Source: the human T2T-CHM13v2.0 reference genome, Homo sapiens. Taken from it: 64,000 nucleotides of DNA. How positions within the stretch are numbered: position 1 is the first letter of the stretch; every line of letters starts with the position of its first letter. The notes under the pieces were generated by a model. The model worked only from the letters and a program-made list of their open reading frames with translations. It made no database searches and was not told the DNA's origin. Below are positions 17,615 to 32,276 of the stretch, one piece after another. The DNA lies in assembly GCF_009914755.1 (NCBI RefSeq), contig NC_060930.1. One strand, given 5' to 3'. The position numbers and the translations under genes were made by a program.

Positions 17615-17787
17615 CTAAATTTTAACGTGCATCAGATTCACATAGAATGCTTGTCAAGAATGTAGATTTCAATACCCAGAAACTTTACCATAGTAGGTCT
17701 TACCTGAGCCATAGGAATCTACACTTTTAGTCAACAAACTAGCAAATTTGACGTAGGTAAGTCAGAGACCACATTTAGAGAGACAGC
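17615..17787. mobile_element. MER5-type hAT-Charlie DNA transposon relic
   Basis: gtgcatcagattcac...cttgtcaagaatgtagatt...aggaatctacactttta...gaccacatttagagagaca. Confidence 0.6.
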
Positions 17788-18879
17788 AAATGGTGTGATA
17801 CAGTTTAAGGAATGTTTTAAATTTAAGTTGGAGAGTTTTCTTTGAGGCTGTTTAGGTATGAGAGTTCTTTCTCTAAAAGGTGTCAGAACAATAACTCCAT
17901 ATCTCTCTTACTCATATGTGTGTCTTCACAAGTCAATTTTGGTAATTTTTTACTAATAATTCTTTAATTCATTCAGGCATTCAATTATACTAACATAGAG
18001 GTACGCAGTATTCTCTCATGCTTCTACTTATGTCTACGACTAGCTTTCCCCTGATGGTCCTAAGTTTGTGCATATGTACTTTTTCTCTCTTTTACCATAG
18101 GCTAGTTAGTGGTTTAATAATGTCAATGGTTCTTTTTACTTAAAAAAAAAAAAAAAACTACTACATATATTTATCCTTTCTTCAGTTACTTCAGATAATG
18201 CTAGGATCCGGTTAAAAATCATGCTATATTTTTCCTTTACCTGATGTATAATGAGAAAAGATAAAAGAGGAATATTTTGAATTAAATTTATTGTATATCC
18301 CTATTCATCTCTAACATATGTGACTTATACCAACAAAGCACATTAAAATATTGACAAAACATTTCAATGTTAGAGTCTAAACAAATAGCTGAAAAAAACC
18401 CAGAAACAATGATTTCTCTACTACTGGACTCCAATTTAAACAAACAGGGTTATATTTAATTTTTCCTCCATGACAATAGAAGCATAATCTCTACGGTGCT
18501 AAATTCTATTACCTTTATTTATATATTTCAGACTATTATTCAATATCTCATTTTGAAATTATAAAAATGGATTTATTTTTAGCAAACTATTTTTCATCTT
18601 TGTCAGTAAACAATAGTTCAAATTTTTTAAATTTGCCATAATTGTGTGTAACTTGTTGGGATTTGTACTTATATGAAATGTAGTCTAATTTGATATAGGT
18701 ATTTGACAAAGAAAACTTTCTACAGAACATTAAGGTTGAAAAGTGCTCATGGGAGACAGTGATCCAGAACATAACTGCTTACAACCTGCAATAAAAATCA
18801 CAACTTCACATTAAGTAATCAGGAGTCAGTGAACAGCTTTCAACATTTAAAGAGTGCCCAAACTGATTATCACATGTTA

Positions 18880-19070
18880 GGAAGAGAGGTGAATAAACAA
18901 GGGGCCTGAGGACAGAGGTTCAAGTTTCCTTCTCTTCTGTGAACTAAGCTGCAATAAGGCACTTGTATTATATTATCAATGAATTTTATAAAATAGTACT
19001 TACTTCAATTACTGTGAAGAATTTTTAAAGGATGCATAAGAAAATAATTTAGCATACGGTTTAAACACCC
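18880..19070 (+). mobile_element. MIR fragment
   Basis: Degenerate MIR core (ggttcaagtttcc..., ataaaatagtacttacttca...tgtgaaga). Confidence 0.45.
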
Positions 19071-19172
19071 TTAATTCAAATATTACTTACTGCGGACCTA
19101 TTATGAACAAGACACTTCTGAAATGTGAGAGGAATACACCAGTAAACAAAACAGAAAGAAAAAAAAAAAAAG

Positions 19173-19496
<324 letters not shown>

Positions 19497-19818
19497 CTAA
19501 TGGAACTGAAAATTTATTATGCACACTAATATATTTGGATTTTATTTCTGCATCATATATTGTGCTATCTATTTACTGTGGGTTTTCTTTGCTTCTTTTG
19601 GCCTTTTTTCATTCTTTCTGCTGGATTATCAGGTTTTCTTTTCTTCCTTTATCTTCTGTCTACTGATGGAAAGTTTCCTGTTCTTCTAGTGGTTCTCTGC
19701 ACCTGATTAGAACACTCTGTGTGCTGTATCACTTCATTTCCTCTTTACTACAGTGATTTTGTTTTTGTTTCTTGTCATGTCATGGACAATTTCTTTTTCT
19801 TGTTTTTGAGCAACGGTA

Positions 19819-19820
<2 letters not shown>

Positions 19821-19859
<39 letters not shown>
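19821..19859. repeat. (GT)19 microsatellite
   Basis: Perfect dinucleotide run. Confidence 0.98.
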
Positions 19860-19862
<3 letters not shown>

Positions 19863-20744
19863 TAAACTCATGTTTCCACATGTATTCAATCATGCGTCTT
19901 CACCCAGAAGTCCGATAATGAGTCAGCATAAAATGGTCTTATTAAATATTGCTTAAATAATGTAAATCTCCTACTTAGAATATTTCAGTTGCTCTCTTTC
20001 TTGCATAAAATTACTTCTAAATTCCATAGTTTGGTCCCGGAGGCACTTCATATCATGACCTCTCTTTTAAACCTATCTCCCCTTTTTTCAGTCTATGATT
20101 ACTTTACCTAAGCTACACAGCATCATTCTTCATCCTCCAATAACCTTCCAGCTTTTTCCCTCTACTCTTCTGCTTATGCCATTTCCTTTACTGACTATGC
20201 TCCTATACTGAAATTATTTCTTGGACTTGCTTAAATGCCATTTCTTTTCCATTTTCATGATTGCTCTGTATAGTTAAAGGAGAAGTTAGATTCTCCTCTT
20301 TCTGAAATACTAATAGTTTTCAGATATTTTCTGGAATTAATCGATCCTTAGCTAGTGTTGCAATTATTTGTGTTGTTTATTAGGTTGTATGTACATAAGA
20401 CAACTGTATGAGCTTGTTCTCGTACGTACAGCTGCATGCTCCTTCCTCATTTCTATGAAGCTTTCTTGTTTCCCCAGTTCGTTTATGTAAAGATGTTCAG
20501 TATAGTTAGAATGTAGAGTGTAAGTACCATAGTACTAGGGGAGGTCAAACAGATAAGCAGTGAAATGGTTGGCAAGAAATTTATAATTTTTGTTAAGAAA
20601 ATTGCAAACTCTTTGAAAGGTTGTTAGTGCAGGAGTCATTCTCATATTTTAAAAAAACTTCTGTGTCAAGAATTTGAGTAATGCAATGTTAGAGAAGCAG
20701 AAACTAGTTAAGTTGCAGTAATTTCTTGCCCATTGGAGTTATGC

Positions 20745-20959
20745 AAGACTGATGTGGGAGGATCACTTGAGATTGGGAGGTTGAGGCAGCAGTAAGCCGT
20801 GATCACACCACTGTACTCCAACCTGGGCAACAGAGTGAGACCCTGTCTCAAAAAAAGAAAGAAAAAAGAAAAGATAAGAGAAGGCAGAAAAGAAAAGAAA
20901 AAAAAAAGAAAAGAAAAGAAAGAAAAAAGAAAGGAAAGAAAAGAAAAGAAAAGAAAAAA
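20745..20959 (+). mobile_element. AluJ/FRAM right-arm fragment with long (GAAAA)n tail
   Basis: gtgggaggatcacttgag...gagaccctgtctc followed by about 110 nt of purine tail. Confidence 0.9.
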
Positions 20960-21176
20960 CATACAGAGAGACACCAGGGCTAGTGTGCACAAAGGGATAA
21001 GCATGTGAAGAGGCAGCAGCAACAGGGCAGCCATCTGCAAGTCAAAGAGAGAGGCCTCAGGAGAAACCCACCCAGCTGGCACCTTGATCTCCGGGTTCCA
21101 GCCTCCCGAACTGTGAGAAAATAAATTTCTGTTGTTTAAGCTACCCAGTCTGTGGTATTTTATAATGGAAGCCGCC
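20960..21176 (+). mobile_element. MLT1B-like LTR, 3' half
   Basis: gccatctgcaagtcaaagagagaggcctcaggagaaacc...ctgtgagaaaataaatttctgttgtttaagc. Confidence 0.85.
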
Positions 21177-22460
21177 AAAACAGGAAAGAGGAATCATCCA
21201 TTCCTCTGTAAACAGAAGTGAGGGAGTTTCCTTCTGATGCCTTCTTTGTTTCCAGTGAAGCAGAGTAAAACTTCTGTAATTATTTAACTAGTTAAACTTT
21301 TCACATTCTGTATTCCCTACCTCCTATAATTCATGAGGGTGGAATCTCATCTATGTTTATTTCATTTTTTTTCTCCACAGCATCTCTAGTGCTAGGAATT
21401 CTATCTGGCATATAGTAGAAACCAAATAAATCTTTTTTTTTTTTTCAAATGAATATTTGTGAGTAAATTGGGAAGTGGTGAGTCAGAAGTCTGAGAAGAG
21501 TAGAGGAGTAGTATCTGATAAATAAAAGAATAAAGCTACCCAGAACATACAGAGCATTTCTGACTGTAGTTGAAGATTGGAGAAACATGAATTTACAGTG
21601 GGACCAGATTACAGAGTTCTGTGATTTTTTCTATACACTTTAAATTGCCTTAAGTGTAAATAATACCTCAATAGAAAAACTGATTGCTCTTCAAGGATTT
21701 CTGCTCCCATTACAATTTCCAAAATTAAAGGATACAATTACAATAAAAATTTTGGATTCAATATTATAATAAAATTATACTTCATTAGGTTTTGATTTAT
21801 GCAGGTAAAGTTCAACACTCCTTAAAAAAACTTTTTATATAATACAATTTTGTAAGACTCTCCTTGCAAAACACGAATAATGAAGATTTAAAGTAATTTT
21901 TATAGTTATTATTCGTGGAGCAACCATGAATTTTCTAGTAGTGTCTATAATTCACAAGGGTTAGAATATTTAAGCTGAAATGCCTTTTAAACATGACAGA
22001 AGTGATAAAAGTTTTTTTTTAACAGATATTGGGTCCTATGAAAGAGCTACATTAAAAAAAACTGAAGATACTGATTTGATATGTATACAACTCTAATGCA
22101 CTAATAGTATCACCATTTTATAGATGAGACAGGTAAGACAAAGACAAAAGAATTTGCGCAGGTTCACACTGTTAATAATATGACTGAACCCAAATGTGAA
22201 TGTAGCAATCTAGCTACAGAATCTGTTCTTTAAATTACTTTGCTCTTCCATGGGCTCTGATTTTGGGTTCTACAATGTGGGTACAATCTTTAAAATTAAA
22301 TGCAATATTCTTTGGGTTCTTAAATTACCATCTGCATAGGAAAAATAAGGGAAAGTTGCTTATATTTTGAGAAAGTTAAGGTGGTAATAACATCATATCA
22401 ACAATTACATTAGAATAAATACATAATTATATATCACATATATTTTCCCTATTAGGTTAA

Positions 22461-22780
<320 letters not shown>

Positions 22781-22959
22781 TCATATTGAAATATACTGAT
22801 TCAGCTTGCAGCAAGATGGCAGAAGCAGTAGCATAGTTTGAAATATCCCTAAATATATGTTTTTAAAAACAGAGTAATTAAATCAGTAAACAAACATAAG
22901 CTCCACATGTATAACACAACAAAGGGATAGTATGTCCTTAAAAACTCAGACAATTAAAA

Positions 22960-24790
22960 CATCATAACAAAAAAGAAAACATGAAGATTGTAGCTTTTAA
23001 TCCAACTCTATAATCATTTTAAATGTGAATGATACAAACACACCAGTTAAGACAGAAATTATCCGGTCATTTACAAAAGCAAAATCCAACTGTATGCTCC
23101 TATAAGAAACTTATTTTTTCAGCAACATGGATGTGGCTGAAGGTCATTATCCTAAAAAAATTAACACAGGAACAGAAAACCAAATACTGCATGTTCTCAT
23201 TTACAAGTGGGCACTGAGCATTGGGTACACATGGAATTGAAGATGGGAACAATCCACACTGGGGACTACTGGGAGTGGAGAGAGAGGAGGCAAGGGCTGA
23301 AAAACTACATATTGGATACTACGCTCATTACCCGGGTGATGTGATCATTCATATCCCAAACCTCAGTATCAAGCAATACACTCACGTAACAAACATGCAC
23401 ATGTACTCCCAGAATCTAAAATAAAAGTCATACTTACAAAAAAGAAACCCATTTTAAAATAAAGATTTAGATACATTTGAAGTAAAGAGATGGAGACATA
23501 TACACCATGTAAACATTTAACCAAAAGAAAAATGAAGTGGATGTATTAATTTCAATAAGGTAGATTTTAAAACATTCCTGTCTCAGATAAATAAGCTTCT
23601 TCCCTATATCATAATCATTCTGCCTAAAGAATTTTCTTAACCTAATAGAGGATATCTGAAAAATCTACAGCTAACCTCATACTTAATGGTAAGAGGCTTA
23701 ATACTGTCCTAAGATATGAACAAAGCAAAGGTGTTATTTCTCATCTCTTCAATTTAATAATGCATTAGAAATCCTAACTGTGCAATAAGACCAAGAGAAA
23801 CAAAAAGTATACAGTTTGAAAAGAACAAATTTAAACTATTTTTATTCACAGACAATATATTTGTTTATGTAGAAAATCTAAAAGAATCCATTAAAAGTGA
23901 AAAATCCTAGATTAACAAGTGAGTCCCAGCATACAAAGTCAATATAAAAAAAGCCAATTATTTGTATTCCTATATATTAGCAATGAACAATCAGCATGTA
24001 AAATTTAAAAATCAATGCCATTTATAATAACACAAAATGAAGTAGCTAACTATAAACTGTGCAGGATTTGTATACATAAAACTACTAAGCATTGGTGAAA
24101 GACATCAAAGAAAATATAAACAAAAGGGGCAATATATCAGGTTATAGGTCAGAAGACTACATATTATTAAGACATAATTTTTCACAAATTTTATCTATAA
24201 ATTCAAAGCAATCTCCAAATCTAAGCAATCTTTATTGTAGATATTGATAAGGTGATTCTAAAATACATTGGAAAGGCAAAAGAAATAGAATAGCCCAAAC
24301 AATTATAAACACAATAATTGATTTTAGAACTCATACAGAGCTCACATTACCAATTTAAACACTTATAAAGCTGCATAAATCAAAACAGTGTGGCACTGAG
24401 GAAATTGGAGTTAATAAATAGCTAATCAGTAGATCAGAATAGACACATCAGGAATAGACTCACACAAAAATAGTCAAATGAAATTAACAAATATGCAAAG
24501 GCAATTCAATGGTGACAGGATAGTTTTTTTAGCAAGTAATCATGTAACAATTAGACATCCTTAAGCAAAACAAATCAAAACCTTGACAAATAACTAATAC
24601 CATATACAAAAATTAAAACAATATGGGTTAAAACCCTAAATGTAAAATGTAGAACTATAAAGGGTCTAAAGGAAAATACAGAAGAAAATCTTTGTGATCT
24701 TTGGGTTTCGTGTTTAGTTTCTGATACAATATGAAATGCATGGTTCATTTTAAATTAGAAACAAGCTGCAAATTATAAGAAATTAAGAGA
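22960..24790 (+). mobile_element. Old L1MC/ME ORF2 fragments
   Basis: caaaatccaactgtatgctc, ctacagctaacctcatacttaatgg, aatcaaaacagtgtggcactg, caaaggcaattcaatgg. Confidence 0.8.
23116..23442 (+). mobile_element. 5'-truncated L1PA16/17-like 3' end nested in older L1
   Basis: aacagaaaaccaaatactgcatgttctca...gggctgaaaaactac...aatctaaaataaaagt; TSD about aagaaacttatttt / aagaaacccatttt. Confidence 0.85.
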
Positions 24791-26029
24791 ACAGTAATGA
24801 ATATGGTTGTAATTTAAATCAAGATAGAGGAATCTTTTGCCTGAGGAAGTAACACTGTCAATGGCAAGACCTGGCCATTCCCAGTGTGATATTGAAGAAA
24901 CAGAGAAAAACAACCGCCACTAATAATAACAGCAAAACTCCAACAACCAATAGAAAACAAGATTTTTTTTTCTATACACTCTGTTCAAAGAAGTGAAGTA
25001 GCTCAATTCGGTATGATTTTCAATAAAATATGGTTAAGATAAGGAAATCAGCATGAAAAGGCTTTAGCCTGCCAAAAATAATTACTGGTAATTAATCTTC
25101 AGCTCTATAGACAATTTTGTGTAATATGCAAGTTTCTCATTCCCTAGTAATATGCAGATCACAAAATTATACTGACAGTGGGAATTAGAATACTTTTTGA
25201 AAGCTACTTAGAGTTGACTTCCTGTTCAATTTACTCACCTCCTATAGGACTTGAACTTAATAGAAAAGCAGAAGTCATTTGATGAATTTCATCTTATTGC
25301 TCAGAGAGTTTACCGTTATCATCACGGCAAATTGAATGCTTCCTCAAAGACTCATCTGCTGTGTTTTTAAACAATACTTTTATCTCCATCTAATTCCTCA
25401 TTACAGTATACCTGATCTTTGGAATTTTGAATGTAAAATGGACATGTAACTTGCATAAATATCAGTAAGAGTAAAAGATGTTCATTCTTGTGACTATGAA
25501 CCAAAAATAAATAGAAAAATGTTTTCTTTTCTTTATTCCTAGTTATTGCCATTGATATGCTTTAGTATTCTGTTATGTTGCTGCCACTATAGCAGGATGT
25601 TTATTTTTCTTTTGAGTTTTATTTAATTGATTCTGAAGTCATTGTCAGGAATTGCCTTTGATTCAGAAGGTGGGAGTATTTCTGCTTTGATTCCTATACA
25701 GTACACTGAAAAAAAAATATTTTTAGAAGTTATCAAACTCAAGAAAAATGAGAAACATCAATGATTAGTTCTGGAGAACAGAACATCAATGATTAGTTCT
25801 GAAAATATATGCAAAATAGATCAGAAGGACGTACTATCTGCCCAGGTTAATCCAAATTTGTGGAGAAAACCATGCTAGATCTTGGAAATAAGACTTTCCG
25901 GACATTCATAAATTTCATAAATAAGGTAGAACAATCACTTGTTTATTTAACTGTATGCTAAAATCAAAGGAATGGATGAAAATCTAAGAATTATATAACT
26001 CAGTGATGCTTAAAAATTGGTGAAAGTGG

Positions 26030-26235
26030 AATTTTAAGTGAAATCATTTGTATTTGAGTAGTAGCAAAGTCCCTTTCTAGATATGTGATTTGAGGAAGTA
26101 TTTAAGCTTACCAAGGTTAGTTTTATTATCTGTAAAACAGCGATAATAATTTATGGTTCATAACACTTACTGGAGTTTTAAAAAGATAAATTATCTAAAA
26201 TTTTTACAAGTAAGATAGTCATGCAAATTACTGTC
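26030..26235 (+). mobile_element. MIR
   Basis: tgtgatttgaggaagtatttaagc...ttatctgtaaaacagcgataataat core. Confidence 0.6.
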
Positions 26236-26670
26236 CAAGGACTGTGGAAAGTGAAAGGGGGTCCTATTAATTATTTCTCTAGGGAGCTGGACATAAGCCA
26301 GAAGTAACATAATTACTTTAAAGCACTGGTGTCATTTCTAGGTCTGGTTCTACATACTAGATTTTTATCTTGATAATGGATTCTTTCCTTACTTTATTCT
26401 TACTTTTCTTGTGTGTCTCATATATTTGGATTAAGGTTAGGTCTTGTGTGTACAAGAACAGTAGACAATGAAGTCATTAATATTCATGCCTAAAAGCCTA
26501 AAAGACACACCTCTTCTTCGGCAAGATCTTTCATGGGTGGGCTTGAGCCAATCTGGTCGGGAATTGATCCAGGTTTGAGTTTTGTTTTGGGGGTAACTAT
26601 TTCCAGTGCACAGCGGACTACAAATCCCTTCAGCATTGGATTGCTGCTGCCTTATGCTTGCTTTGAGACC

Positions 26671-27040
26671 TGATATGGTTTGGCTGTGTCCCCACCCAAA
26701 TCTTATTTTGAATTGTAGTTCCCATAATTCCCATGTGTTATCAGAGGGACCCAGTGAGAGGTAATTGAATCATGGGGGTAATTTCCCCCATACTGTTCTC
26801 ATGATACTGAATAAGTCTCATGAGATCTGATGGTTTTATTAGGTTTTATTATTTATCCCTTTCTACTTGGCTTTCATTCTCTCTTGCCTCCCTCCATGTA
26901 AGAGGTTCCTTTCACCTTCAGCCATGATTGTGAGGCCTCCCCAGCCACGTGGAACTGTGAGTCCATTAAACTTCTTTTTCTTTATAAATTACCCAGTCCC
27001 AGGTATGTCTTTTTCAGCAGTCTGAGAACATAATAATACA
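26671..27040 (+). mobile_element. THE1C/D solo LTR
   Basis: tgatatggtttggctgtgtccccacccaaatc...gtgagtccattaaac...taataca. Confidence 0.92.
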
Positions 27041-27054
27041 CGGCCTGTAATAAT

Positions 27055-27353
<299 letters not shown>

Positions 27354-27737
27354 ATAATTTTTTTTCAATGTTCCTGCTCCACTCTCAACTTTCAGCAGCC
27401 CTTACACGCCTGCCCCCACTGAGGAGATTTCTGTCCATGTCCCTTCCCCTTGACCACTCAATAGACTGCTGTTGTTACTTAGTTCAACAGTTGCAGTGGG
27501 AACAAGGGGTCCCTTCTACTCCAGTTTCTGTCTTAGGCAGTCCCTATGCATATGGACATCTGCAGTGGGGTTTTCTCAGTGTCTTTCTTTCTTCTGCCAA
27601 TAAAACTGAGCTTTGTATCAATGAGGGGGTCTCAGGTAGGAATATGTTTGCTGGCACTCCTCCTGTGATAGTAGAACCCTGTGTGGTATCAATGCCAGGT
27701 CATAAGCTCAAACTGTTTTCATTCTTCTTGCCTCACC

Positions 27738-28094
27738 TACTATCATCTGAATTTTTGTGTCCCCCCAAAATTCATAGTTTGAAACTTAATCACCAATATG
27801 ATGATGTTAGGAGGTGGGGCCTTAGAGAGGTATTAGATCATGAGGGTGGAGCCCTTTTGAATGGGATTAGTGCCTTTATAAAAGAGGCCCTAGAGAGCTG
27901 CCTTGCCCCTTCCACCACATGAGGACACAGTGAGAAGGCACCATATATGAACCAGAAAGTAGCACTCACTAGAATTTCCTGGTGGCTTAATCTTGGATTT
28001 CCGAGCCTCTAGAACCATGAGAAATAAATTTCTGTTTATCATAAGCCACCCAGTTTATGGTATTTTGTTATAGCAGCCAAAATGAACTAAGACA
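27738..28094 (+). mobile_element. MLT1A0 solo LTR
   Basis: gtgtccccccaaaattcatag...ggaggtggggcc...ataagccacccagtttatggtattttgttatagcagcc...ctaagaca. Confidence 0.9.
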
Positions 28095-30269
28095 CCAACA
28101 ATGGCAGATGGATTTTGGTTTTAAACCTTTTTCAGAACCACTGAATACTTGCTTTGTGCCAGTTAGTCAGGAGTTTTTTTTTTTTCTTTCATTAGTGGCT
28201 TACAGCTCTGTTTCAAATGAAAAACAAAGGAAGCATCTGGGAACCAAGCAAGGTTTCTTCCCTGTGTGTCGCTGAGTGGAGTTTCTCAGATCTCCTATTG
28301 TACCCCCGATTTTCCTTGTAATCACTCATGAGAGGCACATGGGAAAGAGCTGGTGAATGAGTTTGGGTTATCTTTGAGTCACAGAACTTCAGCGATACTA
28401 ACGCTTGCTAGCTCATATTTGACCTTTAAGTGTTAATTTAAGTTTCAGCTGTTTTCTTCCTGCTGACTTTGACAGTGACTCATCTTTCTTCTGTTCTCTG
28501 ACAAAAGTGAAACAGTCTGTGTGCCCCATGTCTCTCCTGGAAGCCTAGAATCCTTTAGAATTGAGTACACCTGTTTGTCTAACCTCAGTTTTCTAACAGG
28601 ATCAAGAAAATTTATGATTGGAGGTTGTCCAGTTTTTTCTAAGCAGCAGCAGCAGAACCTGTCTACTGGCTTTTAGCTATAGAAGTTTTGCATTATTTTT
28701 GTGTTTTCTGTAGGAATTACAATATAATTACTGATCTTTTCACAGTCTAGTTAGAGTTAACACATTTGCAGCCACAACATTTTAATATTTTTATCATGTA
28801 GAGTTCAACTACATATATTGAAAACTCCAAAGACTGTGGTATAATATTCTTATTTAAACATTTATGTATTTTAAACACATTTAAACAGTAAAGTAGACTT
28901 ATATTTTCCCAGATTCTTATCATTCCCAGTGGTCTTTATTAATTCACCAAGATTCCAAGTTTTTATCTGGCATCATTTCTCTCAGCCTGAAGACCATCCT
29001 TCAGAATTTCTGGCCGTGTGCATTTACCGATGATGAATTCTTTTGCATTTCTTTGAAATCTGAAAATGTGTTTATTTGTGATTCTGGAAGAACAGTTTTC
29101 TTGACTATAGAGTTCTGTGTAATTTTTTTCTTCAGTACTACAAAGATGTTCTACTATCTTTTTGTTTTCATAGTTTCTGAGAAGACATCCATAATCATTT
29201 GAATCACTGTTCCCTTTGTGTAACATATCCTTTTTTTCCGTGCATTTCTTCAAGATTTTCTCTTTATCTGTATGAGCAATATACGGTTAAGTTTGAGCTT
29301 TGCTTGTCGAGACTGTAAATTTATACTTTTCCACAAATTTAAGAATGTTTCCGTCATTATTTCTTCAAACGGTTTTTCTGCCCCCTTCTCTCTGTTATCT
29401 CTCCGAGTCCAGAATGGCCCAAAGTTAAATTTTTTCATCTTATGCACAAGCTCTGTTCTTTTGTTTTCAAACTTTTAATTTTTTCTTCTTTATATTGAAT
29501 TTCTATTGATCTATTTTATATTAATTTACTCTTTCCTTTGTTATTTCTATTCCATGAGTAAGCCTAGGTTAGTTCTTTTTATTTCAATGGATTTTTTTAA
29601 CTCTAAAATTTACATTTGTTGTGCTTATCTTTTCACTCATTATAAGAAATTTTTCCTTATCTCTTTGAACATAATTACAACAGCTTCTTTTAAAGTCCTT
29701 GAGTGGTAAATCCAATGTCTGCCCCATCTTGGGCTTGCCATTTGATGATCATCTTCTCCTTGAGAATTGATCACATATTCTTTCTTCTTGTTATACCAAA
29801 TAATTTTGGACTATAATCCTGATATTGTGAATGCCATGGTTTGGAAATTTTGAGCTCTACTATATTGATACAAAAGTGCTGATGACTTTGTTTTAATAGA
29901 CAATTAACTTAGTTAGACTCACACTGAAAGCATTTTTGTCTCTGCTTTATGGCAAGCCCAATTTTGATTCAGGATTCTTTCACTCAGCCTCGTGCATCAT
30001 GATTGGGAAATTAGCCAGATAATTGGTCAGAATTTACATACAGAATTTGGAAATAGGAAAGGAAGAGAAAGTCCAGCTTTTATCAATCATCCTTAAGATT
30101 TGGTTATGTATTAAAATGAAAATTCCATGCACTGCACATAAGTCTCACATACCACTAGACAAAACTATGTCTGAACCTGGATGTAAAAGTAGAAGGATAC
30201 CAGATCCATTTGGGCTAATCTGGGGAAGGGAACACAATGTGCTTTCATAGTTTCTTATTTTAAAGAAAG

Positions 30270-30590
30270 TCACAAAACTGTCACAATAAAAACCCCTATA
30301 CCTTTTACCTATATTCTATCATAGTTAATATTTTTAATTTTATCCTCTTTCCCTAAATAATAAATATCATGCATAAGAATTTTGCTGAAATATTTGAGAA
30401 TAAACTGCTGACATCATGACTTAAATACTTCAACACATATCTTCTAAAAACAAAAAATTCTTTTGCATAGCTATCATGCAAATATAAAATTTGGTAAATT
30501 TTATATAGATACAATATTGCACTTTAATTTCCAGTCTATATTCAGAGTTTATCAGTCCTCACAATTGTATCATTTATGGCTGTCTCCTGT
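30270..30590 (-). mobile_element. L1MC4/5-like 3' fragment
   Basis: ctgaaatatttgagaataaactgctgacatcatgac...taaatacttcaacacatatcttctaaaaacaa. Confidence 0.55.
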
Positions 30591-32031
30591 GTCTTGATTC
30601 CCTGCTTACTTGAGTGCAACCGTTAATGATAGTACTAAGAAACAAAAATAAATTCTGGACAAATACTAAACTAGATTCAACCCCAAGAACCAGGACTATG
30701 CTCTAATAAAATCAAAATAGCTCTTTACTTGATTCATTCACCTCTCAGTTATTCTGCCATCCCCCACTGCATCCTGCTTACTTCAAGTAATTTGCTTTTT
30801 TAATCTTCAGACCTTGATTTAACAATTCATTTCATGGTCGCTGCTTATGCTCTTCTTCCTAGATCACCGAGATTAGACTTTCAGATCAGTACTTCACTCT
30901 ACTGGTTTAGATCCCCACATCTTCTGAGAAGGTTTGGCTCTGAATTTTAGCTTCTCAGGAAGTTCAGAGATCTATTTTTTAGTAAGAATTATTTCACTGT
31001 TATGAAATGCTCTTTTATTTCTTCAAAGGGACACATCCATCAATATCTTAATTATTTAATTTCATGTTTTAATTTTTATTTTAATTGACAAGTACTTATC
31101 AATTTCATGTTTTAAATTTTATTTTTAAAAAATTAAAATTAAAACATAAAATTAAAATTAAAATACTTCTACATATTCATGGGCACATAGTGATGTTTCA
31201 ATACATATAATGGATGGGGGTCTAATCTGGAGAGTTTTGTATCCTCTTAAGAGGTTGTTGATCATAAACAGGAGTTTCTCACACAGTAAATTTATAATAT
31301 AGTATTCATTAACATCTTTTTCTCATTTCCAAGTTTATAGTCCAAGGATGAGTTCTTCATTGTAACAAATGTAACTTGTGTTAAAAATTGTGATCTATTC
31401 TACCTGTGTGTAGATATTATATCCTCCCACAGTCTAGCAAACCAAAGCTACCAGAGTGTTATGGACCCCAAATGTATTCTCTAATATTATTTAGGTAAGT
31501 TGATTTAACCTATGTCTTCATTCAGGCAAATCAAATATATTTCTCAAGAGGCAAAATTAGTTCTTCTGAAACCTCACTAAACATGGGGGCCTTCAGGTGA
31601 TCAAGGTATAATTTTACATAAAAGAATTTTCAGGAAAATCCTCCAACGTGCCTTGGTATTATCTATTATGCTACTATACATTCTTGTGATGTTACTATGT
31701 ATTACATTCTTACTTATATTTCTTACATGATATGCCTTAGTTTAGCATTTCTTAAGTTTAAGAACATAAGCAGTTCTATAGTACATTACATGAAATATGA
31801 ATAGGGACCATATTTAATGATATAACTAAGGGACATAGTTTTTTTGTTGGGATCACAAGTATTAGAATCCAGATTCCCTGATTTCAAGTCTGTTTTAATC
31901 TCCTATCAGCTTAAACATCACAACGGTGACTGTATAGTATCTCTGACTGAAAATGATGGAGACGTTTCATTTCATTATTTCATTTGTCGGATTTTTTCCG
32001 TGACTTTTTCTGACACTTGTTTCTTGCACAA

Positions 32032-32085
32032 CTCCCTTCCTTCCTTCCTTCCTTCCTTCATTCCTTCCCTCCCTCCCTCCCTGCC

Positions 32086-32137
<52 letters not shown>

Positions 32138-32276
32138 TTTCTTTCTTTCTTTCTTTCTTTTTCTTTCTTTCCTTCTTTCTGTCTTTCTCTCTCTCTCTCT
32201 CTTCCTTCCTTTCTTTTTTTCATTCTTTCTTTCTTTCTCTTTCCTTCTTTCTTTCTTTCTCTCCTTTTCTTTTTCC
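32032..32276. repeat. Compound (TTCC)n/(TCCC)n/(TTTC)n polypyrimidine microsatellite
   Basis: About 245 nt, almost purely C/T. Confidence 0.97.

Noticed and set aside
18587-18790. Minus-strand terminal-exon-like segment (tttttattgcag acceptor, short ORF, downstream AATAAA)
   Set aside because: No recognisable peptide or upstream partner exon; such signals are common in AT-rich DNA.
20708-21178. F/S-rich and K/E/R-rich ORFs
   Set aside because: Translations of the (GAAAA)n Alu tail.
27368-27922. 184-aa ORF
   Set aside because: Runs across decayed L1 5' sequence into MLT1A0; no domain recognisable.
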